59,625 bases of DNA from Promethearchaeota archaeon (GTDB taxonomy: Archaea > Asgardarchaeota > Lokiarchaeia > Sigyniarchaeales > SOKP01). Position 1 is the stretch's first letter. Each line of letters opens with the position of its first letter. The notes beneath the pieces were generated by a model. The model was given only the letters and a program-made list of their open reading frames with translations, ran no database searches and was not told where the DNA came from. The stretch spans positions 106,086-165,710 of the forward strand of contig JBHLLT010000006.1 of the NCBI GenBank assembly GCA_048938855.1. Direction: 5' to 3'. The translations under genes were made by a program, and so were the position numbers. This document shows, piece by piece, positions 9,878-20,347 of the stretch.

Positions 9878-11956
9878 TTACCTAATTATCGCTTGAATTT
9901 CGAATAAATAATTTTCTAAGGATAAGGATGGCTTACTTATGAGATCCAAATTATTTGTCTTTCGAATAAGTTCAGATTCAAGATTATATTCATTTAAAAG
10001 CCATAGGAGTTTATAAAGTTCGATTTTTTTTTTAAATTCTTTATCTATTTGATAAAATTTTGAATAAGCAGTATAAAAGGAGCTATAAAACGAAGGATTA
10101 TTCAAGGGTTTTAAAATCCAATAGTCAATTTTAATGAAATCTTGAGCACGACTACCGACGATCCAATTATCAAAACCTACAACCCCATTAATTTTTATTA
10201 TTCCTGATTCCTCTTTAACAATAATATTTTGACTTTTAAAATCATTGTGTAAAAGAACAAAATGATTTTCTTCCTCTATTAATGAAATGTTATCTTTATA
10301 AAAAGCTCTAATCTCATCACAATAATCAATTTTATTCTTTTTTGCTCCTAGAAGGGTTTGATCAAATTCACTTTCTATATATTCTGAATAAGAAATTTTA
10401 GTTGTTTTACCAATATTACTAATATTCTTAAAATATGATTGAAATTCTATCATATGTAATCTCCCCAAAAGTTCACCTAGATTACTAAATAGATTTAAGA
10501 ATTTTTTAGCGTAAACATTCTTTCCTTCACTGATATATTGACTAATTATCTGAAAAAGAGGTTTTCCCCGAATATATTCATTTACTGAAAAAAGGTAAGG
10601 GACTGTTTCCTTGGTTTCATCATAATATATTAAGTTACTTACAGGAATAATAGGCGGCTTTTCTTTATTAAAAAGATATGAACCTGTTTTAGTATCAATA
10701 ATTTTTTGCACTTTTTGTCTTAGATTAATATCATCTGAGTTTAAGGTTTTATCTAAAAAGGGATAAAATAATTTTTCTTTAATTATATCTTCAATTCGGA
10801 AGTGTTGACTTGTACGAAATCTGAAAACTAGTTGATTATTTTCAAAATTAACCCTATAAATAGTATTATTATCAGCAATATAGGGCCCTTTAATCTTCTT
10901 TACTTTACCCTGCTTAACTAAGACTTCAATATTGGAAAATGCATTAATTATTTCATCAAATTGGTAGAGATCTTTATTACCAATAAAATATAATTTATAG
11001 ATCTGTTTATTATTAAGTAAATAATTCACTGTCGCCTCAATTCTTCCTTTACTTATTGGATCAATTTGATTTTCTAATTCTTCATATACATTATTAATAT
11101 CAAAATCAGTTCTTTGGATTGAATCTTTATATAGATATAAAAACGCATATTTTAATCCAAGATTCTCATTTATTTCATTAGTTTTTATTTCATATATTTT
11201 ATTTCTAATGTCGTTAATCTGTTCTTGTATCTGCAAAATTTCTAGCAAATTGTCTTCTTTTGCAAAATTGAACAATTTTGAGTACATATTAACTAGATTA
11301 CTCAGATTAGAGAGGATTCCACTGTGCTTCCTCTTATTTAATGGAATTAATTGGAGAAATGTTTGCGAATTCTCTTCCATTCCACAAATAATAGAAAATT
11401 CATCACTTAAATTTTGAATATATGCTTTACAATTTTTAATATTATAAAAGGCATCAATTATTCCTTTTAAATTAGGGGAACTCATTAAAAATTTTAATAG
11501 ATTTGGATCTATTTCATTTCCCGCGAATAAAAGGGGATTATTTATTAAAAAAATATGATTCTTAGTTGTGATCGAACTTAAAATATTCTCAAAAAAAACC
11601 TGTATATCTTCTATTGTTCTTTTTTCAGTTATAGGTGGAGAGATCATAAAATTTAAATCTCCAAATTTTTTTCCCATATTTTCAATTTGATCTAATATTT
11701 TATCAGCATAGTTATCATATAGTCCAACCATGATAGGAATTTTGTTCTCAGTAGCTTTATATACAAGTTCAATCAATTTTGTTTTTTCTGCGATAGAATA
11801 TTTATTATTTTTATCCATCCTTCCAAAAAGTAGTATTGAATCTGCCTCGTTAGTAAGAATATGGCGCAAAAGAATTGAATTAAGACTGTCAATAATTTTA
11901 AAATTTTTATTATAAAATGTTAGAGTATTACAAATCACGCCGTTAATCGTTGCTAT
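9878..11956 (-). CDS. Fusion of a degenerate DHDPS/NanA TIM barrel and an APH/choline-kinase-like domain
   Basis: N-terminal DHDPS-like pattern; C-terminal LHNDFKSQNI Brenner motif. The ORF track starts at GTG 11938; the ATA at 11956 is the proposed start. Confidence 0.75.
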   Translation of the reverse strand: MATINGVICNTLTFYNKNFKIIDSLNSILLRHILTNEADSILLFGRMDKNNKYSIAEKTKLIELVYKATENKIPIMVGLYDNYADKILDQIENMGKKFGDLNFMISPPITEKRTIEDIQVFFENILSSITTKNHIFLINNPLLFAGNEIDPNLLKFLMSSPNLKGIIDAFYNIKNCKAYIQNLSDEFSIICGMEENSQTFLQLIPLNKRKHSGILSNLSNLVNMYSKLFNFAKEDNLLEILQIQEQINDIRNKIYEIKTNEINENLGLKYAFLYLYKDSIQRTDFDINNVYEELENQIDPISKGRIEATVNYLLNNKQIYKLYFIGNKDLYQFDEIINAFSNIEVLVKQGKVKKIKGPYIADNNTIYRVNFENNQLVFRFRTSQHFRIEDIIKEKLFYPFLDKTLNSDDINLRQKVQKIIDTKTGSYLFNKEKPPIIPVSNLIYYDETKETVPYLFSVNEYIRGKPLFQIISQYISEGKNVYAKKFLNLFSNLGELLGRLHMIEFQSYFKNISNIGKTTKISYSEYIESEFDQTLLGAKKNKIDYCDEIRAFYKDNISLIEEENHFVLLHNDFKSQNIIVKEESGIIKINGVVGFDNWIVGSRAQDFIKIDYWILKPLNNPSFYSSFYTAYSKFYQIDKEFKKKIELYKLLWLLNEYNLESELIRKTNNLDLISKPSLSLENYLFEIQAIIR

Positions 11957-12118
11957 TCTTATCTCCTCATCAATGAATAAAGCCCTAAATTGAATTTCAA
12001 TTATATTTTATGTATAATATTCTTTATGTATTTATATTATTCTTGACTTAAAATTTTATAATTCTTTTAATAATAATTATTATTCTAATCTAAATCTACT
12101 CGCCAAATTTATAACAAA

Positions 12119-12850
12119 GTGATTAAAATTTTTTGTAAAATAGATGATATTGACATTCCACTGGTTTCAGTAGGAACATCTCCTTTTATTGGAGCCGGTC
12201 AGTTCGGTTATAAAGCATTAGAATGGCGTAATAAATTTTTAAATAATACAAAAGCGATCTTAGAGATTTTAGAAGCGAGTTATGCGAAAGGCTCTCGAGG
12301 GATTGAAGTAATACCTATTGGTAAAATTATGGAAGCTGCTCAAGTAATGATCGAATGTCATAATGATTACGTAATTATTGGTTCCACTTATCCTGGCTCA
12401 AATCCAAAAATTAAAGCCCTAATCGAAATAGGAGCAAAAATAATATTTGTTCATGGAATGATTTCTGATAATAAAGGAAGGGAAATGCTATCTCTGTTAG
12501 ATGAGATTTCAAGCATTGGGATTATTCCTGGAATCGCAACCCATGATCCAATATCTACAATAAAATATTGTATTAAAAAATCATTAAGAGTTAGAGTTTT
12601 TTTAGTTCCATTTAATTCAATCGGTTTTTTAATGGGAAATGCAAAAGAGTTAGAAGATATTGTTGATAAATCAAATAGGTATTATTATATTGGCATGAAA
12701 ACTCTCGCAGCAGGACAGATTAAACCAAAAATAGCATTTCAATATATTTCTAAACATAATATATGTGCTGTAGCCATAGGAATGGTAACTAAAAAACAAG
12801 CAGAAGAATCTACTGAATTAGCTTTAGAATTATTGAGTAATAAAAAGTAG
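12119..12850 (+). CDS. Aldo/keto-reductase-like TIM barrel protein
   Basis: GTSPFIG, GIATH, PFN..GFLM, MKTLAAG and AIGM motifs. Confidence 0.6.
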   Translation: MIKIFCKIDDIDIPLVSVGTSPFIGAGQFGYKALEWRNKFLNNTKAILEILEASYAKGSRGIEVIPIGKIMEAAQVMIECHNDYVIIGSTYPGSNPKIKALIEIGAKIIFVHGMISDNKGREMLSLLDEISSIGIIPGIATHDPISTIKYCIKKSLRVRVFLVPFNSIGFLMGNAKELEDIVDKSNRYYYIGMKTLAAGQIKPKIAFQYISKHNICAVAIGMVTKKQAEESTELALELLSNKK

Positions 12851-12862
12851 AAATAAACAATC

Positions 12863-14554
12863 TTAAATTTTTTTGGATTCTTTAAAGATTTCAAATATCT
12901 CCGTTTCATAATCAATAGTATCTTCAGGAAGTAAATTTGGATCTTTTATTAGTTTCGCTAGATAATATATCTTTGCACCTCGCTCTAGATATTTTAAAAC
13001 TGTATAAGCACCATCCAAATGACTACCACAACATAAATTTCCGTGATTTGCTAATAAAACGGCGTTTCTTTCTTCTAAGGCATTCAATACACCTTCTGCT
13101 AATTCTTCTGTACCTGCTTCGCCATACTTAGCACATAACACTTCACCCCCAATATAAGGAACAAATTCTTCAAATACAGGTGGGATTGATAGATTTAAAG
13201 CACTAAGGATAGTAGAATATACACTATGGGCATGAATAATTGCATTTACATCTTCTCTGTTTTGATATATACTTAAGTGCATTTGTTTCTCAACAGAGGG
13301 ATTCCTATTTCCTTCTATAACCTTACCTTCCATATCAATTGTAAGAATATCTTCTGGTGCCATTTCATCATAACGCACATTGCTAGGTGTTATTAATACA
13401 TATTCCTTATTATTTTCATTGATCCTTACACTAACATTACCAGCAGACCCTATTACGTGTTTTTCCTTTAATAATTCTTGACATAAATCTACAATTTCTT
13501 TTTTTAGAGAATAAAGTTTACCAGTCTTTCCACTATCTTGTATTGATTTATCTTGAAATATTTCGGGGTTCATTACATTTTGAGGTCTTTCACTTTTCAA
13601 CCATTTATTAATATCTTTTAATAAAATTTCGGATTGTCTTCTGATTACTTCCTCAGTATTCCCCCCAATATGAGGAGTGATTATGGCATTTTTTAATTCA
13701 ATAAATTCATTATCTTCATCAATTGGTTCAAGCGGAAAAACGTCCAATGCTGCACCTCCAATCTTATCTTCTTTTAGCGCGTTTTGTAATGCTTCATAAT
13801 CAATAATGCTACCTTTTGATGTATTGATCAAATATGCTGTCTTTTTCATTTTTCGAATTAATTCTTCACTAATTAGATTTTCGTTTTCGTCAGTTGCTAT
13901 AGCATGGATTGTAATAAAATCAGATTCCATCATTAAATATTCAATGTCAACTTTCTTTCCATATTCCTTTATTATCGTTTCATCTACATAGGGATCATAA
14001 ATTAAAAAATTCACATCAAAGGGTTTGAGCCTATCAGCAACTCTTCTACCTATATGTCCTAAACCTACTATTCCGATTGATTTTCCTTTTAACTCAGTAC
14101 CTTGAAATTTATTTAAATATTCAACATAATCTTCAAATTCTATTATTTCAAACTCGTCAGAATGGATTATTCTATCGGCACTATGTAATTTTCGCGCAAG
14201 CATCAACATTAAACCAATAGTTAATTCTGCTACAGCATCAACGTTTCTAAGTGGTGTATAAAGGACAGGAATTTTATTTTCAGTTGCGGCCTTTAAATTA
14301 ACATTAAATGGATCGCCTCTACATGCAACTATAAGTTTTAAATTAGAATTTTTGAATACATCTTCTTTCTTTAAATCATCTGCTTCTGTAATAAAAATAT
14401 CATAATTCCTAAGTTTTTCAGTAAGTTCTTTTCCATCAAAATAAATAATTCCTGTCTCTCTCCATGGCTCATAGGTTATTTCCATTAATTTTTCTAACTT
14501 ATTTAAGACTTCACTTGTGATTTTTGCTGTTATTAATGCTTTCATTATACTCAC
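12863..14554 (-). CDS. D-2-hydroxyacid dehydrogenase (SerA-like) fused to a class II aldolase
   Basis: GIVGLGHIG, LDVFPLEP and TPHIGG, followed by GNVSVR, PSVEKQMH, HAHS and LLANHG. Confidence 0.9.
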   Translation of the reverse strand: MSIMKALITAKITSEVLNKLEKLMEITYEPWRETGIIYFDGKELTEKLRNYDIFITEADDLKKEDVFKNSNLKLIVACRGDPFNVNLKAATENKIPVLYTPLRNVDAVAELTIGLMLMLARKLHSADRIIHSDEFEIIEFEDYVEYLNKFQGTELKGKSIGIVGLGHIGRRVADRLKPFDVNFLIYDPYVDETIIKEYGKKVDIEYLMMESDFITIHAIATDENENLISEELIRKMKKTAYLINTSKGSIIDYEALQNALKEDKIGGAALDVFPLEPIDEDNEFIELKNAIITPHIGGNTEEVIRRQSEILLKDINKWLKSERPQNVMNPEIFQDKSIQDSGKTGKLYSLKKEIVDLCQELLKEKHVIGSAGNVSVRINENNKEYVLITPSNVRYDEMAPEDILTIDMEGKVIEGNRNPSVEKQMHLSIYQNREDVNAIIHAHSVYSTILSALNLSIPPVFEEFVPYIGGEVLCAKYGEAGTEELAEGVLNALEERNAVLLANHGNLCCGSHLDGAYTVLKYLERGAKIYYLAKLIKDPNLLPEDTIDYETEIFEIFKESKKI

Positions 14555-14624
14555 TTAATTAAAATAATAAACATGTAATTATAAACAATATTAATAATAT
14601 AAATTATAGATGAAAAAAGCTTAG

Positions 14625-14984
14625 TTAAAACATTAAACTACGAAGTTTCATTAAACTTCTCATATTTCCCTCAATAACTTTTATTTTCCCATCGGAATAT
14701 GCTTTAACAGCACCTAATTCTTTATTAAATAAATCGATCATCACATGTTCTCCAGCAAAATCGATTTTTACGGGCGCAGTGTCATCACCGGTATTATCTT
14801 TAATTTCAATTCCTTCATCCTTATTAATCAGAAGTAAAACTCTTCTATCAGTATCTAGAAACCTTATTTGAATTGGCTCATCATACTTAGCTAACTTTTT
14901 CTTTACCTTCTCATTAGTATTATATCTCTCTTTTATTTCTTCCAAACATTCATCAATCTCTTTGAATTTTATCACTCTTTTCAC
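14625..14984 (-). CDS. SCP2 sterol/lipid-binding domain protein
   Basis: C-terminal AVKAYSDGKIKVIEGNMRSLMKL resembles the SCP2 signature. Confidence 0.75.
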   Translation of the reverse strand: MKRVIKFKEIDECLEEIKERYNTNEKVKKKLAKYDEPIQIRFLDTDRRVLLLINKDEGIEIKDNTGDDTAPVKIDFAGEHVMIDLFNKELGAVKAYSDGKIKVIEGNMRSLMKLRSLMF

Positions 14985-15202
14985 TTTATCGCTTTTCTAA
15001 TTAAAATATATTTATCATTTCTTAAGTTCATTATAAAAAGATATTAAAATGTAATAAATAATCCCTATAGTGCCTCTAAAAACAATTTTTTCAATAGAAA
15101 AGAATTTTGAATGATAAAAATAATTTTTAATGAATCTAAATTCATATACTATTAAAGAATTCAATTTATCATATTAAAACATAGAAAATAAGCTGAAATA
15201 TC

Positions 15203-15985
15203 TTGAGAATTAATGATTTGTTTTTTGAATTTTCTAATGAAGGTCGATTTGAAGTTTTTAAAAGTTTATATAAAGGAAAAAAAAGACACAGCCAATTAGA
15301 AAAAGATTTAGATATTCGAGGCTCTGAAATCTCTCGACACCTAAAAAGACTAATAGAAAAAAACTTGGTCAAAAAATCGACTGACAATAAATATGCTATT
15401 ACAAATATTGGGAAATTATTTTTAGATGTATTAGATCTATTTGAAGTTTCTTTAAAGTTCGAATCTTTTTTTAATACTCATAATATCGATATTTTCCCAC
15501 TTAATTTAATATTACAGTTAGGAAATTTAAAATCAATAAAAATTAGTAGTGGAACAATGCAAAATATAGAATTATGGGCTGATATGATTAAAAATTCAGA
15601 AAAATATATCTTAGCAATTTCAGATCAATTCCAAGATTCAATATTACCAGCTGTGGAGAGAAAAATCAATAATATTTCAATAGATATTAGAGCATTAATA
15701 GATAAAAATGTACTAAATTCAAGAGGATATGAAAAACTTCATGATCGTCATACTTTTTACCAAAAAATAAATATTACTCAAAATATTCGAATGTTAAAGC
15801 AAATTGAATTTTCGCTTCTTGTTACTGATAAAGGAGCGATACTATTTTTAGGTGAAGAAGGAAAAATAGATTATAGTGAATGTTTATTTGACGAAAATGA
15901 AATTTTCATTGAATGGTCAAAAGAATTATTTGAATGGTATTGGAAAAAAGGAACCAATATTAAATCTATTATTAGAAATAGATAA
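15203..15985 (+). CDS. ArsR-like wHTH regulator with archaeal C-terminal domain (DUF1724/FilR1-like)
   Basis: EISRHLKRL..NLVKK...YAITNIG; C-terminal WSKELFEWYWKK. Confidence 0.75.
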   Translation: MRINDLFFEFSNEGRFEVFKSLYKGKKRHSQLEKDLDIRGSEISRHLKRLIEKNLVKKSTDNKYAITNIGKLFLDVLDLFEVSLKFESFFNTHNIDIFPLNLILQLGNLKSIKISSGTMQNIELWADMIKNSEKYILAISDQFQDSILPAVERKINNISIDIRALIDKNVLNSRGYEKLHDRHTFYQKINITQNIRMLKQIEFSLLVTDKGAILFLGEEGKIDYSECLFDENEIFIEWSKELFEWYWKKGTNIKSIIRNR

Positions 15986-16007
15986 ATCAAAAAATAGAAT
16001 AATATAT

Positions 16008-17519
16008 TTACAAATCATTTACTTGTTTCTTAAGATTTTTCCACTCCGTGAATACTTTCGTATATTCATTTGAGAGGGTTTCTTCTGTAGGGAATTCTCT
16101 GAATTCTATAAAATCATCAATAATCTTTCTATAGTTTTTATATCTGTTTAATCCAATTAATGTATTTATTGCACATCCAATAAAAGCTGAATCTTTATAT
16201 TTAGGAACATTGATCTCTTGGTTAAGTACATTTGCTAATATTTTACAAAATTCTGTAGATTTGGCCATTCCCCCTGCAGAATATAATTTTATTTTCATAC
16301 TGGAGAATTTTTGTAGACCTTTAAAATTTTCATTAATACCAAAACATATATTTTCAATTACACTACGAGCTAAATTACTAATTTTAGGCAATGCCTCAGT
16401 AACTAGTGTTGGTGGAGGAAAAATAAAAACACCTCTCTTAAGCGAAGTTTGGTCTTTAATATTCATTAACTCTGGACCTAAGAATGCAAAAGTTGAACCA
16501 GAACCAGGTTTGCCTTCCTTTAAATAATCTTCTATGAGCGCATCTTTACTCCCCATTTCGTCTGATAAAATGTCATTTTTTAACCAATCATAAACTATCC
16601 CAGTATTCCCAGAATTTCCCTCCATCAACCATTTACCTTTAATAGAATGATAAGTTGTCCAGAAATTATATTTTGGGTCTAACTTAGGCTCATTTATAAC
16701 TAAATGAACGGGAGCTGTCGTCCCCAAGCTTATTCCAATATTTCCATCTTCTATCACACCCATTCCTAATAAAGTTGCCTGAGTATCTCCCCCTGTTTTA
16801 ATAACAGGAATTGAATTCTGCTTTATGTTGAAAAAACTTTTTAATTCTGAAGATAACTCTCCTACAATAGCCCCAGTATCTACAAAATCTGGAAATAAAT
16901 TTGGATTAAAATCAAAAGATTCAATGATTTCCAAACTCCAATTACCTTTTTTTATATCAAGTAATTGAGATTCTCCTGCAGAGCTTAAATCAGAACACAC
17001 TTCTCCAGTAAGTCGATTAACGATCCAATCATCTAACATAAAGATCTTATCAATTTTTTCATATAATTTTTCCTCTTCTTCTTTGAACCATAAAAGTCGT
17101 GAAAGACAAAACAATATTGAAGGGTTATGTCCTGTGATTTGAAATAATTCCTCTTCTGTGAATTCATCTTCTATTAAATAAGCACTATCTATACCACGTA
17201 TATCAGTGTTTGGCCCTCCATATATCACTTCTCCGTTCTTATCACAAAAAACTACAGCCATTCTCTGAGCACAAGATGATATACCAATAATGTTGGTCTT
17301 TTGAGTCCTTCTTTTTAATATTTCACAGACAAGTAGTTTCAGATTACGCCACATGTCTTCCATATCAAATCTTTTAGCAAACCCATCGACATCCTCATTT
17401 ATTATTGTTAAATTTCGAGCTAAAGAGGAATCTAGCTTTAAATCTTCAGTTATTAGAGCAACTTTGATCTTATTCGATGAGATATCGATCGTTAGAATAA
17501 TATCTTCTGGAGTGGTCAT
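16008..17519 (-). CDS. FGGY carbohydrate kinase (LsrK/XylB-like)
   Basis: LTIDISS, AQR, RLLWF, GGDTQ, SLGTT and AGGMAKS. Confidence 0.88.
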   Translation of the reverse strand: MTTPEDIILTIDISSNKIKVALITEDLKLDSSLARNLTIINEDVDGFAKRFDMEDMWRNLKLLVCEILKRRTQKTNIIGISSCAQRMAVVFCDKNGEVIYGGPNTDIRGIDSAYLIEDEFTEEELFQITGHNPSILFCLSRLLWFKEEEEKLYEKIDKIFMLDDWIVNRLTGEVCSDLSSAGESQLLDIKKGNWSLEIIESFDFNPNLFPDFVDTGAIVGELSSELKSFFNIKQNSIPVIKTGGDTQATLLGMGVIEDGNIGISLGTTAPVHLVINEPKLDPKYNFWTTYHSIKGKWLMEGNSGNTGIVYDWLKNDILSDEMGSKDALIEDYLKEGKPGSGSTFAFLGPELMNIKDQTSLKRGVFIFPPPTLVTEALPKISNLARSVIENICFGINENFKGLQKFSSMKIKLYSAGGMAKSTEFCKILANVLNQEINVPKYKDSAFIGCAINTLIGLNRYKNYRKIIDDFIEFREFPTEETLSNEYTKVFTEWKNLKKQVNDL

Positions 17520-17595
17520 TTTGGGTTTCCTTTAAATAGATTGTCTTTTACTTATACAATAGATTCTATAAACTTTTAATAGAAAAGAAGGGTAA

Positions 17596-18228
17596 TTAAT
17601 TGAGATATTTTCTTACTACTTCTCCACGAGGTACTTTTTCCTCAAAAAGAATAGCTTGAAAAGAATAGATTTTTGTACTTTTTTCTTTCCATGCATTACT
17701 ATCTAGCCAAGCTTTTGAACATGTCTGCGAAAGAAATGTCTCTACATCCCAATTTCTGCCATGATCTACAGGAACTTGAGGGAGAAGCAAACCTCTTCTC
17801 GCACCTTTTTCAGCTATAAGTCCATCTCTTCCAATTATTATTTTATTAATGTAATCTTTTGGATTATCAACTTCTAGCAATTTCGGAGGAGTTAAAATCG
17901 AGAGTTCAATAACTATGTTATCCATTTCTTCAAGCGATACTGAAGAAAATCGAGGATCTTCAGTAGCAGAACTAATTGAAACCCTATGAATCACGTCATA
18001 TAATGAATAACTAGGCTCTATATAACCAATACATCCTCTTAACGGGTTTCCTGAAACGTTAAATCTATTTAATGTGACAAAAGCTCCGTACTTATCTGAA
18101 AATTTTTCTTTTATTTTATCTGGAACGGGGATACGTCTTCTATTTCTTAAATAATATTCGATGTTCTCCCTAGCAAATTTTATTAATATTTTGCCTTCCT
18201 CTTGGCTAAATTCTTCTTCATTAGGCAT
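17596..18228 (-). CDS. AMMECR1-domain protein
   Basis: GAFVTL, LRGCIG, DPRF and GLLLPQV. Confidence 0.93.
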   Translation of the reverse strand: MPNEEEFSQEEGKILIKFARENIEYYLRNRRRIPVPDKIKEKFSDKYGAFVTLNRFNVSGNPLRGCIGYIEPSYSLYDVIHRVSISSATEDPRFSSVSLEEMDNIVIELSILTPPKLLEVDNPKDYINKIIIGRDGLIAEKGARRGLLLPQVPVDHGRNWDVETFLSQTCSKAWLDSNAWKEKSTKIYSFQAILFEEKVPRGEVVRKYLN

Positions 18229-18287
18229 TTTAATGTTATAATAATCAAGTTTTTTAAATAATACTATATCATTTTGACATAAATACT

Positions 18288-19673
18288 TTATATCATTTTC
18301 TTGATAATTTTCCCAGTTGGTAAAGAATCTTTTTTGTTAATTTCGACTCCTCTCAGGAATACTCTCCAAATTTGAACATTAGTGTTAAAGTGTTCAAAAG
18401 GAGAGAATTTTGCTTTTGTTTTAAAATTCAAGGGATTAATCTTATAATCTTCTACCTTATCAACAATTATTAAATCTGCATCATAACCTTCTTTAATAAA
18501 ACCTTTATTTCTTAAATTAAATATTTTTACCGGGTTTTCTGAGGCTACCTTCACAAATCTTTCTAACGAGAGTTGAAAATTAAATACTTTGCTAAGAAAT
18601 AATAATGGATATGTTTCAAAACCTGGAAATCCTGAAGGAGTCTGAAAATATTCTTGAGATTTCTCTTCTAATGTATGTGGTGCATGATCAGTCCCTATTA
18701 ATTCAATTTTACCTTCCTTTAATTCATTAAATAAAAATTTAGGATGTTCTTCTTGTCTTAAAGGAGGTAAAACCTTCCCAAAATTCTCATTACTTAAATT
18801 AATTTTATTAGAAAGAAGTAAATGATGTGGAGTAACTTCAAAGCTAATTTTTAGGTTATGATTTGATAATTGTGTTCTTTTAATTGCTAAATAGCTTTCA
18901 ATACAACTTATATGACAAAAATGAATTTTTGGATAAAAATTGGGCTTTAGTTCATTAGCAATTATAAATTTTTTATAGTTTTCAATTACAAAATTGACAT
19001 ATTTTTCTTCTGATTGAATTGGATCAACTTTATTGTGGTATTGTAGAGATGTTTTTTTAGTTGGTTGACTTATTGCTTCTTTTTCTTCTTGACTTAGGGG
19101 ATAAGAGGCATGTATAAAAATAGGAATTTGAAATTTTGAAGAGATACTAAGAAGCTTTTGAAGGTTTTTTGAATCCTTCCAATCAACATCATTAATAGAG
19201 TTGAGAGGGTAAATTTTAAATCCATGAACTCCTAATTTTAGGATTTTCATAATCTCATCTTCATTAAAATCCTTAGGAACCCCAGCTATAAATCCAACAT
19301 CAACATAAATGTTATTATTGGCTGTTTCCATCCATAATTTTATTTGTTCTGACGTGATCGCAGGAGGTTTTGTATTAGGCATATTGAAAACTGTTGTTAT
19401 TCCCGAATAAGCAGCTGCTTGGGTTCCAGTCAGAAAAGTCTCTTTTTCGCTTTGACCCATATCTCGCAAATGTGAATGAATGTCTATTATCCCAGGTAAA
19501 ATTAATTTATTTTCACAGTTGATTTCACTTCCATCTTGATTTTTTTTAGAAAACTTCTTTAAATCTTTATCCTTTGGATCGAATTTAATATCAGTTATAA
19601 CACCCTTAGTAATGCGTATAATTCCTTTATGTATTAATCCTTCAGAATAAATTTTAGCGTTTTTTAAAATCAT
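18288..19673 (-). CDS. pyrC: Dihydroorotase
   Basis: PGIIDIHSHLR, MPNTKP, EVTPHHL, PPLR and GTDHAPH. Confidence 0.88.
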   Translation of the reverse strand: MILKNAKIYSEGLIHKGIIRITKGVITDIKFDPKDKDLKKFSKKNQDGSEINCENKLILPGIIDIHSHLRDMGQSEKETFLTGTQAAAYSGITTVFNMPNTKPPAITSEQIKLWMETANNNIYVDVGFIAGVPKDFNEDEIMKILKLGVHGFKIYPLNSINDVDWKDSKNLQKLLSISSKFQIPIFIHASYPLSQEEKEAISQPTKKTSLQYHNKVDPIQSEEKYVNFVIENYKKFIIANELKPNFYPKIHFCHISCIESYLAIKRTQLSNHNLKISFEVTPHHLLLSNKINLSNENFGKVLPPLRQEEHPKFLFNELKEGKIELIGTDHAPHTLEEKSQEYFQTPSGFPGFETYPLLFLSKVFNFQLSLERFVKVASENPVKIFNLRNKGFIKEGYDADLIIVDKVEDYKINPLNFKTKAKFSPFEHFNTNVQIWRVFLRGVEINKKDSLPTGKIIKKMI

Positions 19674-20323
19674 AAGGATCCTTGTTGATCTTTTCGAAAA
19701 TTAATATATAAAATTTTATCTTCTATTGTTTTAACAATTGAAAGTTGAATAATTCTAATTTTTTCTAATCCTTTGAATAGTTTAATGATGTTCTTAATTC
19801 CATTATGAATACTACACAATGGAATGATATAAAAATCCAATTCATCGATAGGACAGGTTAATTTATCAATGTAAATTAAATCATTATCCTTTTCAATATT
19901 TTGCCAATCATCGAGTAAAAGGTTATTCTTCCCATTAGATATTGAATTAAAGAAGTTAATGAATTCATTATTGCTTGAAAATGTTTTACCGTAAATTCCG
20001 GGAGTTGATTTTGTCCAATTGTCTTGGTAACTTTTTTTTTCATTCAATTTATTTAATGCTTTTTCCAGTAATAATGCCTGAGATCTCTCATCAGGACCTA
20101 AAAAGCGTAAGGATTCACCTTCAAATTTAATTAAAAGATGCTCTTTTTGAAAATATAGATAACAGTTGTTTTCTTTTCTTATCGTATAGGATAAACAAAA
20201 TGCTTCTCTTAGAGATGAACATATTTTATAAACTATAGGTGGGGTATTACCTCTATCAATATCTTTTTTTGAGTAATGAACGATATTTTCCAAAAGCATT
20301 AAGAAATTAACCAATATACTCAA
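19670..20323 (-). CDS. Degenerate TrmY-like SPOUT protein (tRNA m1Psi54 methyltransferase homolog)
   Basis: AFCLSYTIRK, LGPDERS and STPGIY motifs; lies next to srp54, as trmY commonly does in archaea. Confidence 0.65.
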   Translation of the reverse strand: MSILVNFLMLLENIVHYSKKDIDRGNTPPIVYKICSSLREAFCLSYTIRKENNCYLYFQKEHLLIKFEGESLRFLGPDERSQALLLEKALNKLNEKKSYQDNWTKSTPGIYGKTFSSNNEFINFFNSISNGKNNLLLDDWQNIEKDNDLIYIDKLTCPIDELDFYIIPLCSIHNGIKNIIKLFKGLEKIRIIQLSIVKTIEDKILYINFRKDQQGSL

Positions 20324-20347
20324 TTTTTGTTATATTGGAAAGTTAAT

